The translations under genes and the position numbers were made by a program. The notes beneath the pieces were generated by a model, which saw nothing but the letters and a program-made list of their open reading frames with translations, did no database searches and was not told the DNA's origin. Shown one piece after another: positions 24,831 through 38,146 of a DNA stretch of 64,000 nt. Position 1 is the stretch's first letter. Each line of letters opens with the position of its first letter. Source of the DNA: Eledone cirrhosa. Its lineage: Eukaryota. The stretch lies in NCBI GenBank assembly GCA_964016885.1, contig OZ024741.1, forward strand, positions 373,054,001 through 373,118,000, written 5' to 3'.

Positions 24831-27560
24831 TTAAAGTGAGATGCCCTTTCTGGTGCCAAACCTTTTAGTTGCTTCTTATGGTTTGCAAGTAATACATTGT
24901 GCCAATTCTAAGCTGGATACATTATAACAGATGAGTCATTCATCCTCATCATTATTTTTACATTGACTTTTCCATGCTGGCATGGATTGGATTGGACTTT
25001 TTGAGGCAATGTTTTACACTCCAGTGCCCTTCCAGGCACCAACCCTTTTCATCACATCTTGCAGCATGCAGATATACTGTGTATCTATTCTAAACCAGAC
25101 ACCTACTGTTAGATAATTAATATCATATAATATCTATTAATAATTTGTCTGTATGTATCCAATTTAGAATAAGTACACCATATCCTTGTGTGTCATAAGA
25201 GGTGAATAATAAGGTTGGCACCAAGAAGGGCATCTGGCTGTGAAACAATGCTTCAAAAAGGAGCCCATGGTTATGATAAAATCTTTCATGGAACCTGCAA
25301 GGGAGAATGACCATAAAATACCAATGGTATTAATTACATAGAAACAAGGCCCCAAATTTGAGGTGGATGATATAAACAAATACATTGACCCAGTATTTAC
25401 TGGTATTTTATTTTCTTCATGTAATTATACTCACCAAGCTGAGAAAAGTAAACAAAAAATATTTTTCTTGGAAGGAAATACAATAAAATGTCAAATTAAA
25501 ATGAAGGTAGGACAGTAAAAATCAATTGTAAAGTGGAACTTTTTCTATAGACTGTAGACATTTAACAGAAAATAAATTACAATAGGGACAATATCAGTAA
25601 AATGTTTTGTTTTTTTTACTGCTTATCCAGACAGGGAAGGGCAGTACCCAGGACCTTTTTCAGGGCCTCCATGACTGGTGTAAGTGAGGAAAAAGGGTAT
25701 CCTTAAACTGGAGACCTAGACCAAATGCTTGCAACAGAGTGGATAACTCTAATGATACCCAAGGATCATGTGGTGGTGTTAAATTCAGAGTCTACAACAC
25801 AAGTCAATAGACTAAATTACTCCCTATGTGTAAGATAATGTAGTTATAAATACACTATGTTTGAAAGAAAAGAATGTTATTTCACATTTTAACATGGTGG
25901 TGACTGGAACATATTAAATTGTAGGTTAGCCGTGTTAGGCTATTTATCAACAACTGTAGTATATTTTATTGACCCTATAAAGATGAAAAGTAAGATCTGA
26001 AAGAGGTGGAGCTAAATTCTGTTAGATATGCTGTAAACTTTCTGTTAAGTCATCACCACAATCAGTATCTCTTTGTCCTTGCTTGCAACACATCAATTTT
26101 CCTTTAACAGTCATCAAACATTCACACCAGATATCTGTATCAGTGAAGTTATCTCTCCTTTATGCATCAGTTGATTCTTTGAACTCTTTCACCACCATAC
26201 TTCCAAGGAATTACTTTCTATTTTACTTTCAGGTCTCAAATAAAAGGAGGGGGAGGATTATCAGGAGCGGGAGTGGAAAATTGATAATTTTTCTAGGTTG
26301 TCTCCCTTATTGTTTTTAAAACCGAGAATTAATCATTTAGTTTACATATTGAGACTCCAACCCATCCTATTTTATAATGCATGGGATTTCTTGTTATGCT
26401 CTTTTTTTGTCATGTATAATGCTTTTTTAATATCTAATGAACTCCACTCCGATAGAAGTGAGCAGGGATGTGGTCCAGGGGCCAAGAATGCTGGAAGTCT
26501 CCACTGTTACAGGCTCAACCACAAACCTATCAGAGAGTTTGCCCTCTTCAACCTGGCAGGCAGCAAAGTGTGGGCTGGTAGCCGGAAACACCAAGCTACT
26601 GCTAGAGAAGGTGTTACAATTAATGAAGATTTGCAAAGGATTTACTAAAATCACAAGTTCATAAAGATGGTATTTGTAACATAACTTATATAAAATATTG
26701 GAAGGTTTGAATTTAAATAGAGACCCTTTAAAATAGGTGATTTTGTTTCATAGAAACAAAAGCAGTTTTAGGTGGGTTGATATCAAAAGGGTTAAAGTCA
26801 AGCCAATTTCAACTGACTTGTTTTCTACACAAACAAAACACACTATTTATCCATTAGCATTTACATTACTCTATATATACTATTGAACTTTCGTGGTAAA
26901 GGGTTTATCCTATATAATTATCACACATGCTATTGAATCTACGAGATTTTGATGCTATTTATTTTGAGAACAATACCTCAATGTCAGTATGAGTGGCCAG
27001 TTACAGCTGGTTTGAACAGAAAGAGATGAGAGAATTCTGGCCAGATATGGCCAGTTTAAATGCTAATGTGTTAAAGAGAAGAAAACAAAAAGAAAAAAGA
27101 AAAGGGAAAATGCAAAGAATAAAAAGGAAAAAAAGAATTAAGCAAGAAAGAAAGAGAGGGGGGGGGGGGCAGACACCTCACACCAGTCTGAGTGGTATTT
27201 CAGATGTGCCCTGCTGACAAAATGGCAATGGCATTACCTCAGAGAATGGCCAAAGAAACCTGCTGCAACAGCCACCTCCTCTCACGATGCTCTTTCATCA
27301 AGCAGACTACAATCTTTGGAATGGATCATGCTTGTCTCACTTTTCTTTACCCTGCCTCTTCAATATTTAGTGTCTATTCATCTTCTTGACTGAGCCAGTC
27401 CTGTATTCCCATATGACCAAAGCAGGAACAGATTTAGAATTTGGAGTCCAGGGACAGTTCAGGTTTGGTGGGCCCTTCATATAACACACACACACACATA
27501 TGTGTGTGTGTATCATCATCATCGTTTAACGTCCATGTATATATATAAAGAGAGAGAGGG

Positions 27561-27694
27561 AGATAGTTCCACAACAAATTAGAAAACCATACTCGAGGGC
27601 ACGTGTTTTCACTACAACCTCACTTGAGTTGAGAATCCGTTGGGTGAAATATGCATCTTGAAGTATGGTTTGCTAATCTGTTGTACAACTATCT
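27561..27694. repeat. Imperfect inverted repeat (about 50-bp arms), probably PLE pLTR-derived
   Basis: AGATAGTT..ACAACA.ATTAG.AAACCATACT...TTTCAC versus GTGAAA...AGTATGGTTT.CTAAT.TGTTGT..AACTATCT, between TA/GA tracts. Confidence 0.75.
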
Positions 27695-28491
27695 TTATAC
27701 CGAACTCATCCTATGGACTGAGTGCTCTACTTACTACGGATATAACCTCTCAGTGTTTTACCACTATATATATATATACACACACACACAACCAGGAAGA
27801 GAGAGATGGGGCTCTATTCAGAGAAGGGGGGGGGTTCTGTTTGATGCACAAGAGTGGGGGTGGGAGAGTTTCCACCCCGCTGCCCTCTGATAAATCCAGC
27901 CCTGGACCAAAGCAGCTTTTCATTGCCCCATTTTTTTATTTTTATCTTAGATGGTTGAGTGCATTCCACTAATCCCACAGTGTCTATATATTATTATTAA
28001 CATAATTCAGTTCTGGATAACACACAAATTCAAGCATTTTTTTTCCTACTCAATGAATATATTTCTTATCCACACATGCCAAAATAATGTTACAGCTTCT
28101 AAAGAAGTATGTTATTTTATCTAAAACTCTGAAACAGATGGAGAGCTAACTGTAAAGAATATTGTTTGCTATCTCATTTTGAATACAAATACTCCCACTA
28201 GATTGAGATATAGTCCTTTTATGTAAATTCAAAAAAATAGTGCATGCCTGGAAAACAGATATATGTTCTGAAAGCCCCAATATATAGCCATTGGTGAAAA
28301 CCATGCTGTAATAGATAAGATCTTTTTTTAAGGTGGAGAAGTGTATTGCACTCAACCAGCCTATAGATATGGAAAATTGACTCCAGTCATGTATGACGAA
28401 AATCAAGTATATTTGAGGCATTATCTGATCAACTGTATCTGCCAACATGATAAAGACATGGAAAAGATGTATCTGTGCATAGATATTACAC

Positions 28492-28558
<67 letters not shown>

Positions 28559-28690
28559 AGGAGTTGTATTTAATTTGTTGGAATTCCGACAAACATAAAT
28601 GTTTATAACTGATATAGAGCACTCAACAAGTTACTGGAGTAAATATTCCATGATAATAATAAACGGAAACTAAATTTATAAAACCATATT

Positions 28691-28755
28691 TATTTTATTA
28701 TATATATTTCAAGGGTGACCAAGCAAATGTTGGTGCGCTTTCATCAGATAAAATA
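28691..28755 (-). ncRNA. Type I hammerhead motif in the left inverted pLTR
   Basis: Minus strand TATTTTAT-CTGATGA-AAG..ACCAA(CATTTGC)TTGGT..CTT-GAAA-TATATA-TA-ATAAAATA, with 8-bp stem I. Confidence 0.8.
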
Positions 28756-31278
28756 CAAAATTTGTTTTATAAATAATGACATACCCATGGAGATCACACC
28801 TTAACGGTCCGAAGATTTGCTGGATAGTGGAAACTTATTAGGGGTAATTCAAAGTTATGTGTGAATATGCAAATGAATTTATGAAAATTTGAAAAAAACA
28901 ACCGTTTATTTAGATTACACTGGGGGAGGATGAGAAGAAAGACAGAGCGAAAAAATTACTGTTATGAGATATATAGAAAAATAGAGAGAAGAGAGAAATT
29001 TAACAAAGGATATAACATAAATAAGTCTTAAATTTATATTAAAGTTACGTATATTTGGTAATTATTTTGTTGTTAGAATTCTAATATAATACAATATAAT
29101 ATTAAGTTTTATAGGTAAAAAGAAAAATAGATATATAGAAAAAGTAAATATATATATAATAATATATATAGAACTAGAAACATAATTTGGTATGCACCTC
29201 CATTTTCACTAAGTATTAAAACACCTTTAGCTAAACTATTTTTTACAGCTCTAAGATAAATGCTTTCCCAAAACCCATAGATACCATTCAATCTTTAACA
29301 GACATACAAAAAAAACTATCTTATTCTACTACTATGAACTTAGCAGAAAATATAAATAGAATCAATAATAGAAATCTAAACCAAAATAGCACTAATACCT
29401 CTAGCAATATCCAGCTTAATAATACTGTTCCGAATAATATCAACTCTGCTAAATGTAATTGTAGAATTAAACCAAACTGTCCTTTAAAAAATAAATGCTT
29501 AGATAAATATGTCGTCTATAAATGCTCTGTCAAAACTAATGATCATATATTCAACTATATAGGTTCTACTTCTACAGACTTCAAATCCTGTTTCAATAAT
29601 CACAAATGCTCGTTTAATAATATTGGTAAAAACATCTTCAACTTCTCTATCAAACTTGATATGGAACTTAAAATCTAAACTATTCTTTAACTTGGGATGT
29701 AATTTCAAATGCACCTGCCTACAGAAACACAGCTTTATCTAGATTTTGCAAATTGTGTGTTGAGGAAATTTTCTTCATACTTAAATGTAAGAACTCAATT
29801 AATATACGTATGAATTTATTCAGTTCTTGTAAACATCGCCTAAATTCAACATTTACAAATATATATAAAATATAATTACACTTATAATTTTTCTACATAT
29901 TGTTCGATATATTCCAATGCCTATAATTTTCACTTATTAAAATTTCCTATATTAAATACATATATGATCATAAATCTTTAATTTTAATAATTTTTATATT
30001 AAAATTTCTTATATTATATACATATATGATCATAAATTTTTATAAAGTTTTAATTTTAATATGTTTACTTATTTTTTACTTATTAAATCTTTATCCTTTA
30101 CTGCTTAATCATCTTTATTCTTTACTGCTTAAATATCTTCCAAAATATCTCATTTATTTAAAAATTACTTACTTTTTAAAAAAATCACTTATTTCTTTAA
30201 AATTATTATCTTAAAAAATTATTTTGTTTAAAATGTTTAAAGTATTTTTTAAAGGTTTTAAATATTTTTTAAAGGTTTTAAATATTTTTAAATATTTAAA
30301 AAATTTTAAATATTTGAAGTATTTTAGAATAATTTTAAACATTCTAAATAGTTTAAGTATTTTTTAAAAAGGTTTTTTTGGGAGTATCTTTTGAGATTCT
30401 GAAAATTTTTTTTTTTTTTTTCCAGAACTTTTAATATTTTTATATTATATATTTTTAAATATTTTCTAATACTTTAATATTTTAAATATTTTTTAATATT
30501 TTTTAATATAACCAATAACTAATTCTGGCTAAATATATCTTTCAAAACTTATATCTTCGTCAAAATGGTCGCATACTAAATAATAAATAAACAAAATTAG
30601 AATTTTCACTATCTTCCCAATTTAAAATATTTAAAATATTAAAAACATAAATATTCATATTAACTCAGTTAATTTAATTACTTACACTAAATATAAATAT
30701 AAACCAGTATCCCTCATAAATTATTAAAATAATTATCTATAACAGAATATACCCATATATCCACTCATATATCCATTCCTCTATTCATATATCTATTCTT
30801 CTATCTATATTTTCCTATCTATTTTCTACTTATATCTATTCACTCTCAATTTATTTTTCAATATATATTATTATATTTTATATATATTTACTTTTTCTAT
30901 ATATCTATTTTTCTTTTTACCTATAAAACTTAATATTATATTGTATTATATTAGAATTCTAACAACAAAATAATTACCAAATATACGTAACTTTAATATA
31001 AATTTAAGACTTATTTATGTTATATCCTTTGTTAAATTTCTCTCTTCTCTCTATTTTTCTATATATTTCATAACAGTAATTTTTTCGCTCTCTCTTTCTT
31101 CTCATCCTCTCCCAGCGTAATTTAAATAAACAGTTATTTTTTCAATTTTTCATAAATTCATTTGCATATTCACACATAACTTTGAATTACCCCTGATAAG
31201 TTTCCACTATCCAGCAAATCTTCAGACCATTAAGGTGTGATTTCCATGGGTATGTCATTATTTATAAAACAAATTTTG

Positions 31279-31343
31279 TATTTTATCTGATGAAAGCACA
31301 CCAAAATTTGCTTGGTCGCCCTTGAAATATATATAATAAAATA
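31279..31343 (+). ncRNA. Type I hammerhead motif in the right pLTR
   Basis: TATTTTAT-CTGATGA-AAG..ACCAA(AATTTGC)TTGGT..CTT-GAAA-TATATA-TA-ATAAAATA. Confidence 0.8.
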
Positions 31344-31489
31344 AATATGGTTTTATAAATTTAGTTTCCATTTATTATTATCTTGGTATATATATATATA
31401 TATATATATACATACACACACACATACATTCATACATACATATATGCATGCGCACACACAAGTACATATGTATATACATATATACATAT

Positions 31490-31520
<31 letters not shown>

Positions 31521-31605
31521 CACACATACACTCTCCCACATATACATATATCTTAAAATATCTTACTATCTTTCTTTTTCTCTCTTTCACACACACCACA
31601 CATGA

Positions 31606-31636
<31 letters not shown>

Positions 31637-31926
31637 GCATAAGTAGGGAACAGATTTTCTTTGAAATATGTTATAATGAAAACATGACTCTGCTTTGAAC
31701 TATTTTTATTAGAAATCTTTAATAAATGATCCAACTGAAACATAGTTGTGTTTGCAATATCACACACTTCCCATGAGTTTAGAATAGGTACACCATATCC
31801 CTGCATGTTGTAAAAGATGTCTTAAAAGGTTGCATCTTGTCTCAAAACATCTCATCCAACTTAAGCCAGCATGGATAACTAGACATGAAATGATGATGAT
31901 GATGATATATATATATAGAGAGAGAG

Positions 31927-32055
31927 ATTTAATATAGAAATGGCTTCTACAGGACTGGAACTGTTTCATTCGATGGAAATCATCAGGAGATGATGATGAT
32001 GATTTCCTTCAAATTAAACAGTTCTAGTCCTGTAGAAGCCATTTCTATATTAAAT
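31927..32055. repeat. Inverted repeat, 58-bp arms with 13-nt spacer (PLE pLTR family C)
   Basis: 31927-31984 vs 31998-32055 with about 4-5 mismatches. The continuation 32050-32112 recurs in reverse complement at about 56275-56343. Confidence 0.88.
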
Positions 32056-32293
32056 ATTTATACTCTGCTATATATTGACTACCTTCTGTGGTTACCCCCG
32101 ATTGAACCCGGGATACACACACACACATATATATATATGTATATATATGTATATATATATATATATTTATTATGTCCCAATGTACACTGAAACGAATGGT
32201 ATCGACCTTAATGTACCGAAACCGTAGTGATTTCCAAAGGTTCACTGAGGAGATGGAACTGTCTGTCTCTCAGTTGTTTTTTTTCTATCCAAA

Positions 32294-32326
<33 letters not shown>

Positions 32327-34037
32327 GCATCTATTTTTCTATACTATCTGTCATAACAACCTGAATTTGTGTGTGAAATAGACTACATAGAATGTCTGGA
32401 GGCACATAGGTGGATGTGTACCTGTAATTTAAGAAACCATCCAAGTCATACAGCCTGATTCTATCTGTTGATTATATTAAGTGTCAAAGCATCTGTGGAA
32501 TACTCAGCCATTTAATGATGAGATAGTACTGTAGATCAAACAACTGGAATACTGATTGTGAAAATGAACACAAGATCTAATTACTTTGCTTTTCCTATTC
32601 AACACAAGCTTCGTTGTCTACCTAACAGTAACATGTTTCAACCTCAATGTTGGCAGTCACATCCACTCCTTGCCATCGACATCAACACTAATGAGTAGTG
32701 AACAATAAATTCAGTCAACATGCTTGCTGCTCTTACTGTTGCTGCTCTTGTTATCATTATTGTTACTGCTGCTGTTACTGTTGCTGCTACTGCTCTTGTT
32801 ATTATTATTGTTACTGCTGCTGTGTCAATTATTGTCTTATGATCCAACAATGTGATTAAAGGAGACTTATAAGATTTCTTCTTATCTAACTAAAATAAAA
32901 ACATCAACATTTATGTAACTCAAAAACACATATCATTTAATAAATTTGTTGACAGACATTCTCAGTAAACCTAACTCTGGACAACACCATTTTGGCTGCT
33001 TTTATATCTGTCACTTATATACATCTAAATTGGGAAACTGAATACCAAAATCACACTGGTTTTTTTTGCCCACTCGTTACTATCATGTCAGTTTTTTTTT
33101 TTGTTTTCTTTACATATACCTGAGATAATGATGATGGTTGTGGCAATGATGATGGTGGTGATAGTGGTGGTGATGATGGTGGTGGTGGAGATGGTGATTC
33201 CATTGATATTTCATTATGGCATCTCATGAGGAGGAAAACCCTAGTTCAAATGTGGACACTCACAAAAAATGCGTTTATGTATAGCTAGTTCTACCCTTAT
33301 TTTCTACCCAGCTTCCCCTCTGCTTTATCACAGCCTAGACACAGTTCTTTACATGTTTATAACTTTATATAAACACATGTAAGACGAAAACGTTAACAAG
33401 TATTTCTATATAAACACTTCCTACTGTTTATAATTTTAGCTTATACTGTAGAGAAAATGAGGTTTGACTCTTTAATATATTGTTTTTTATAGTGGTTATT
33501 GCTTGAGTTGTTGATATCAACAACTTGTCACATGTATTTTAAACTGTGTTAAAACTAGTTTAATGGTGGCTTCTACTCAGGAGTTTAAAATGAAGGCCAG
33601 TTTTAAGCATAAATAAAATAAAGAACAACAACAAACAAAATATTAGTTGTATATTCTAATTTATGCTCCCAGATTCTGGACTTTTTTCTAAAATTGGCAG
33701 AGTGGTTACAGTGCCAGATTTGCCATTTTGTCCATAGAGTGCAGTCGAAACACTACTTTGACCTTGGTACAGAGTCTGTCATCCTCTCCCCCTCCCCTTT
33801 CTTTATTCAGATGTCTAATAATCATTGCTCTTTACCTCCTTTTCCTCTCATTTATAACATTTATACTTCTTTCCATTGCTATTTTCTTTTTTTATATGTT
33901 TAACTAAATATTAAATTCTTTATTATTTTTATGTAATTTTATCCTAGGAATATATTTGAGTATTTGAAATAAAAAAATTTTTCTTTAAAATTTTCTTTAA
34001 AAAAAATGAAATAATATAATATAATATAGTATAATAT

Positions 34038-34525
34038 AATTGTTTCTACTTTTGGCACAAGGCCAGTAATTATCCCAGTGCATTACTGGTACTTTATTTT
34101 ATCGCCCGGGTAAGGATGAAAGGCAAAGCTAACCTTGGCGGGATTTTAACTCAGAACATAAAGGACCGTAACTCCATACTGCGGAGCATGGTGTCTGATG
34201 CTCTACCAATTCTGCCAATCCACCACCCTAATTAAAAAGGACACTTTACATGTATCTCCCGACCAGGATCTCCATGGCCTCTAATACCTCCCACTAGGCC
34301 GCTGAAACACCTACAGTATTCTACAGTATAGTACAATATAGTACATTATAATTGTTTCTACTTTTGGCACAAGGCCAGCAATTTCCACAGTGCATTACTG
34401 GTACTTATTTTATTGACCCCGTAAGGCAAAGTTAACCTTGACAGGATATGAACTCAGAACGTAAAGGGCTGTAAGTATGCTGCAAAGCATGTTGTCCGAC
34501 GCTCTACCGATTCTGCCAATCCACA
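34038..34525 (-). mobile_element. Two Nin-domain SINEs (about 34038-34228 and 34348-34523)
   Basis: Reverse complements of the family sequence. Confidence 0.85.
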
Positions 34526-35389
34526 GTATAATATAATATAAGAATATCTTATGGCATCTGTTCTGATCCTGTTAAGATTAACTTTGCCTTTCATAATTTC
34601 AGGGTCAACAAAATAAATAGGAGGATTGGGGGAATTGTTTGAGAAGTAACTATTTCAGGCTTTTCTGTTCTGAGTTCAAATTCACTGAGTGATTCACCTT
34701 AAACTGATGACCCAGGGCTAATTGCCTGACCCAGGGCCAAATGCCTGACCCAGGCCCAACACCAGGGAGATTTTTTGGGGGGAAGGAAGGAGAGAGGGGA
34801 GGTGGTGGATGATACTTCTACTCCACTCCTGCTTTTCATTGGTGCACCTCTAGATTTGGAAAATAGAGTTTATATATAATACATCCTGAAATATGTTCCT
34901 TACAAAAGTGTGCCCACTCAAAATATTCAAGGTTGGCTTACCACAGGTCAACACTTGATTGTGTAAACTGTAATGAGTGGAGGAGGATTGTGACTGTCTA
35001 CTACAGTTGAACAAGGATGGTGGTGATGATGATGATGATTATAATGATGATGACAATTAGTTAGAGAATTATTCTTTGATTAAAGGTCAGCATGATAAAT
35101 GTTCTAGAATTTGAAATGTTTATCTGTTAAAATTTATTAAGAAAGATATATAATTTTAAATATTATCAGATATAATTTGATACAATATTTCTAACATCAA
35201 ATTACTCTATACATCTTCCTGTCACTGGCTTTCATACTACAACAACAATAACAACATATTTTTTTCTTACAATGTTGTCATATAGACTAACTGAAGGCCG
35301 AGGCTTTGGGTACAATAGACAGTGAATTGGATGTGTCATTAGAATGCTAAATAGAATGCTAGCTGCAGTGGTCAACTTTACCTTTCATC

Positions 35390-36055
35390 CAGGGCCGGAT
35401 TTGCTATTGTGCTTAAGCACAGGGCCCCGTTGGCCAGTGGGGCCTGTAGTGAGATCTGTCCACGCCTTGAACCTTGGGTGACACCTAAAGGTCAAATGCT
35501 AGGTCACCACCCTTTTGATGTGAACAGGTTCATGCGTAGGCTATCCCCTCAAAGTGGGAGACAGGAAGCGACAGGTATATAAAGCCTGTATCATCCCACT
35601 TTTACACAGAGACATCGGAGCACCACGACATACAACAAGCTATGTAAAGATTCACCGCTATCAACAGACCCCAGTGGTCTACAGAAATACAGAGAGAATA
35701 GACTAACAACGAGAACTACTACAGACCATTCAGAGGTATACAAACCATTATTCTCTCTCACTCATTATGGTCCAGACTCACGACGACAACATCAACCTTC
35801 GCAACTCTTGGTAACTTGTTTTATTGTACTTTTTGATTGAAGTGAAGTAAACCATATATAAACTAAATCTTTATTCTTGTTACTTTCATCTAATAACTAT
35901 TCTTTATACCCTTTCTTACTTATACCCTTCGTTAAAGGCTCATCTTCCTGCCAACAAAATTTCTTACTATGAATTTTTCAAATGTTTTTCAATTGTCAAA
36001 CATTCAAATGGGCCTCATAACATAACTAGCCTCATTTGTCCTAAATCTTGCACTG
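35390..36055. mobile_element. hAT-type non-autonomous element inserted into a Nin-SINE
   Basis: Ends CAGGGCCGGATTT / AAATCTTGCACTG. 8-bp TSD CTTTCATC / TTTTCATC splits the SINE core (…AACTTTACCTTTCATC | CTTTTGTGGTCAATAAATAAAGTACCAG). Confidence 0.75.
35445..35956 (+). mobile_element. Possible solo LTR nested in the hAT element
   Basis: TGT...ACA ends, CpG-containing composition, TATATAAA at 35576-35583, AGTAAA near 35846. No TSD recognised. Confidence 0.35.
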
Positions 36056-36269
36056 TTTTCATCCTTTTGTGGTCAATAAATAAAGTACCAGTCTTGTACT
36101 AGGTTCGATTTATTTTCTACTTTTTTCCCCATTTTCTCTCACTCTCTATCCCTCTCTTTCTCTGGTAGAAATCAGTTTTGTTCTGACCTGGAGAGAGGTG
36201 AGGTCTGCCAGGTTTAAACGCCCAAGACACATCACATATCCTTGTTACCAGAATCTAAAGCTAATAATA

Positions 36270-36469
36270 TAAGGGTCAACTGAAAAGTTCATAGGCTGGC
36301 TATAAAGGAGTGATGCTAGAGCTGTCCAATCTTGCATGCATTAATTTCAACTTTTCTTAATAATAACTGCATTGTTTTTTTTTCTTGGGATTATGTTGAA
36401 AAATAAATCTCATTTGGTCATTCCATGAGAATATCTTGGTCAGCCTATGAACTTTTCGGCCAACTCTTG
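36270..36469. mobile_element. Mariner-type MITE, copy 2
   Basis: Same TIRs and body as 7390-7584, TA flanks. Confidence 0.88.
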
Positions 36470-37154
36470 TAGTACAGAACATCACAGTAACTACAAACCA
36501 TCTACATCATCATTTTACGTCTGTTTCTCATGTTGGCATATGATCTTGGACTAGGCTGGTCAAATAACTCCCCTCTTGTTCATACATTCCCTATTTGGAT
36601 TAATTATTTCATGCCAGGATTCCCTTCTAAATACCAGTCACTTTACAGAGTGTAGTGTATGCATTTTATTATGGCACCAGCACTACAACTTTATAGAGTA
36701 TACATTGGGTGACCAACACTACCTGTTTTTATATGTTCAGTACAGAACAAACCAAATTCCACTCACAAGGAATTGGTCAACCCAAAGCTATATATAGTAG
36801 AAGACACTTGCCCAAGGTGCTGCACAGCAGAGCAGAACCCAGAACCACATGGTTGTGAAGTGAACTTCTTAACCACACAGCCATGCTTGCACCTGTCAAA
36901 TACTAAGATTTAGAAAATCCCATCAAATGGAATGATATGTAAAAAAATATATTTTAACATGTACATTTTTTATTTGAAATATTACCTTCATTTGTTTTGG
37001 TAATCTACCAAATCAAATTATTTTAATGAATATATTTATTTATAACTGTGAAAAATGTTGTCTAGAATTAATTTTCATATTGAAAGTAATTGGGAAATTA
37101 ATTTTAACACTTAAACCAACAGAGAATATAAACGTATATGATTAGTATGGCTTG

Positions 37155-37885
37155 ATTGATGGCTGGCTGGATGGATGGATAACTGGATGGCTGGCTGGAT
37201 AACTGGATAACTGGATGGATGGATGGATGGATGGATGGATGGATGGATGGATGGATGGATGGATGACTGGATAACTGGATGGATGGATGGATGACTGGAT
37301 AACTGGATGGATGGATGGATGACTGGATAACTGGATGGATGGATGGATGACTGGATAACTGGATGGATGGATGGATGGATGGATGGATAACTGGATGGAT
37401 GGATGACTGGATAACTGGATGGATGGATGGATGACTGGATAACTGGATGGATGGATGGATGGATGGATGGATGGATAACTGGATGGATGGATGGATGGGT
37501 GGCTTGATGGATGGATGACTGGATAACTGGATGGATGACTGGATAACTGGATGGATAACTGGATAACTGGATAACTGGATGGATGGCTGGCTGGCTGGAT
37601 AACTGGATGGATGACTGGATAACTGGATGGATAACTGGATAACTGGATGGATGGCTGGCTGGCTGGATAACTGGATGGATGGATGGGTGGCTTGATGGAT
37701 TGATGGATGGATGGATGGGTGGGTGGCTTGATGGATGGCTGAATAACTGGATGGATGGGTGGCTTGATGGATGGATGGATGGATGGATGGATGGATGGAT
37801 GGATGGGTGGCTGGCTGGCTGGATGGGTGGGTGGGTGGCTGGATGCAGAAATGGATGGAATGGCTGGGTGGATGGATAGATGGCT
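37155..37885. repeat. (TGGA)n satellite with TAACTGGA/TGACTGGA/TGGC variants
   Basis: Directly visible tetranucleotide array. It explains the SHPSI-rich ORF 37111-38016. Confidence 0.97.
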
Positions 37886-37949
37886 GGACAGAATGATAAA
37901 AAGATAGGCAAAGTAGAATAAGTAGAATAATGTCTGAAGAATATAAATA

Positions 37950-38146
37950 TGAGGTGGGCTGAAATGTTCATAGGCTGACTATAAAGGAGTGATGCCAGAG
38001 CTGTGAAATCTTGCATGTATTAATTTCAACTCTTCTTATTAATAACTGTATTGTTTCTCTCCAGGGACTATGTTGAAAAATTAACCTCATTTGACCATTC
38101 CATAAGAGTATCTTAGTCAGCCTATGAACTTTTCAGCTAACCCTCA
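37950..38146. mobile_element. Mariner-type MITE, copy 3
   Basis: Same family as 7390-7584, TA flanks. Confidence 0.88.

Larger units (their letters stand above)
28648..31386 (+). mobile_element. 5'-truncated Naiad-type PLE with inverted pseudo-LTRs (arms about 28648-29169 and 30862-31386)
   Basis: About 520-bp inverted repeat. Internal decayed ORF RNIIWYAPPFS...LSYS...CNCRIKPNCPLKNKCL..VVYKC...YIGST..FK..FNNH...FCKLCVEE at 29170-29860, then a very AT-rich spacer. Confidence 0.9.

Noticed and set aside
29450-29760. Selenocysteine use in the younger Naiad
   Set aside because: All relevant Cys codons are TGT/TGC and no convincing SECIS was seen in its pLTR.
37111-38016. 301-aa SHPSI-repeat ORF
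   Set aside because: Artefact of the (TGGA)n satellite plus an adjacent MITE.
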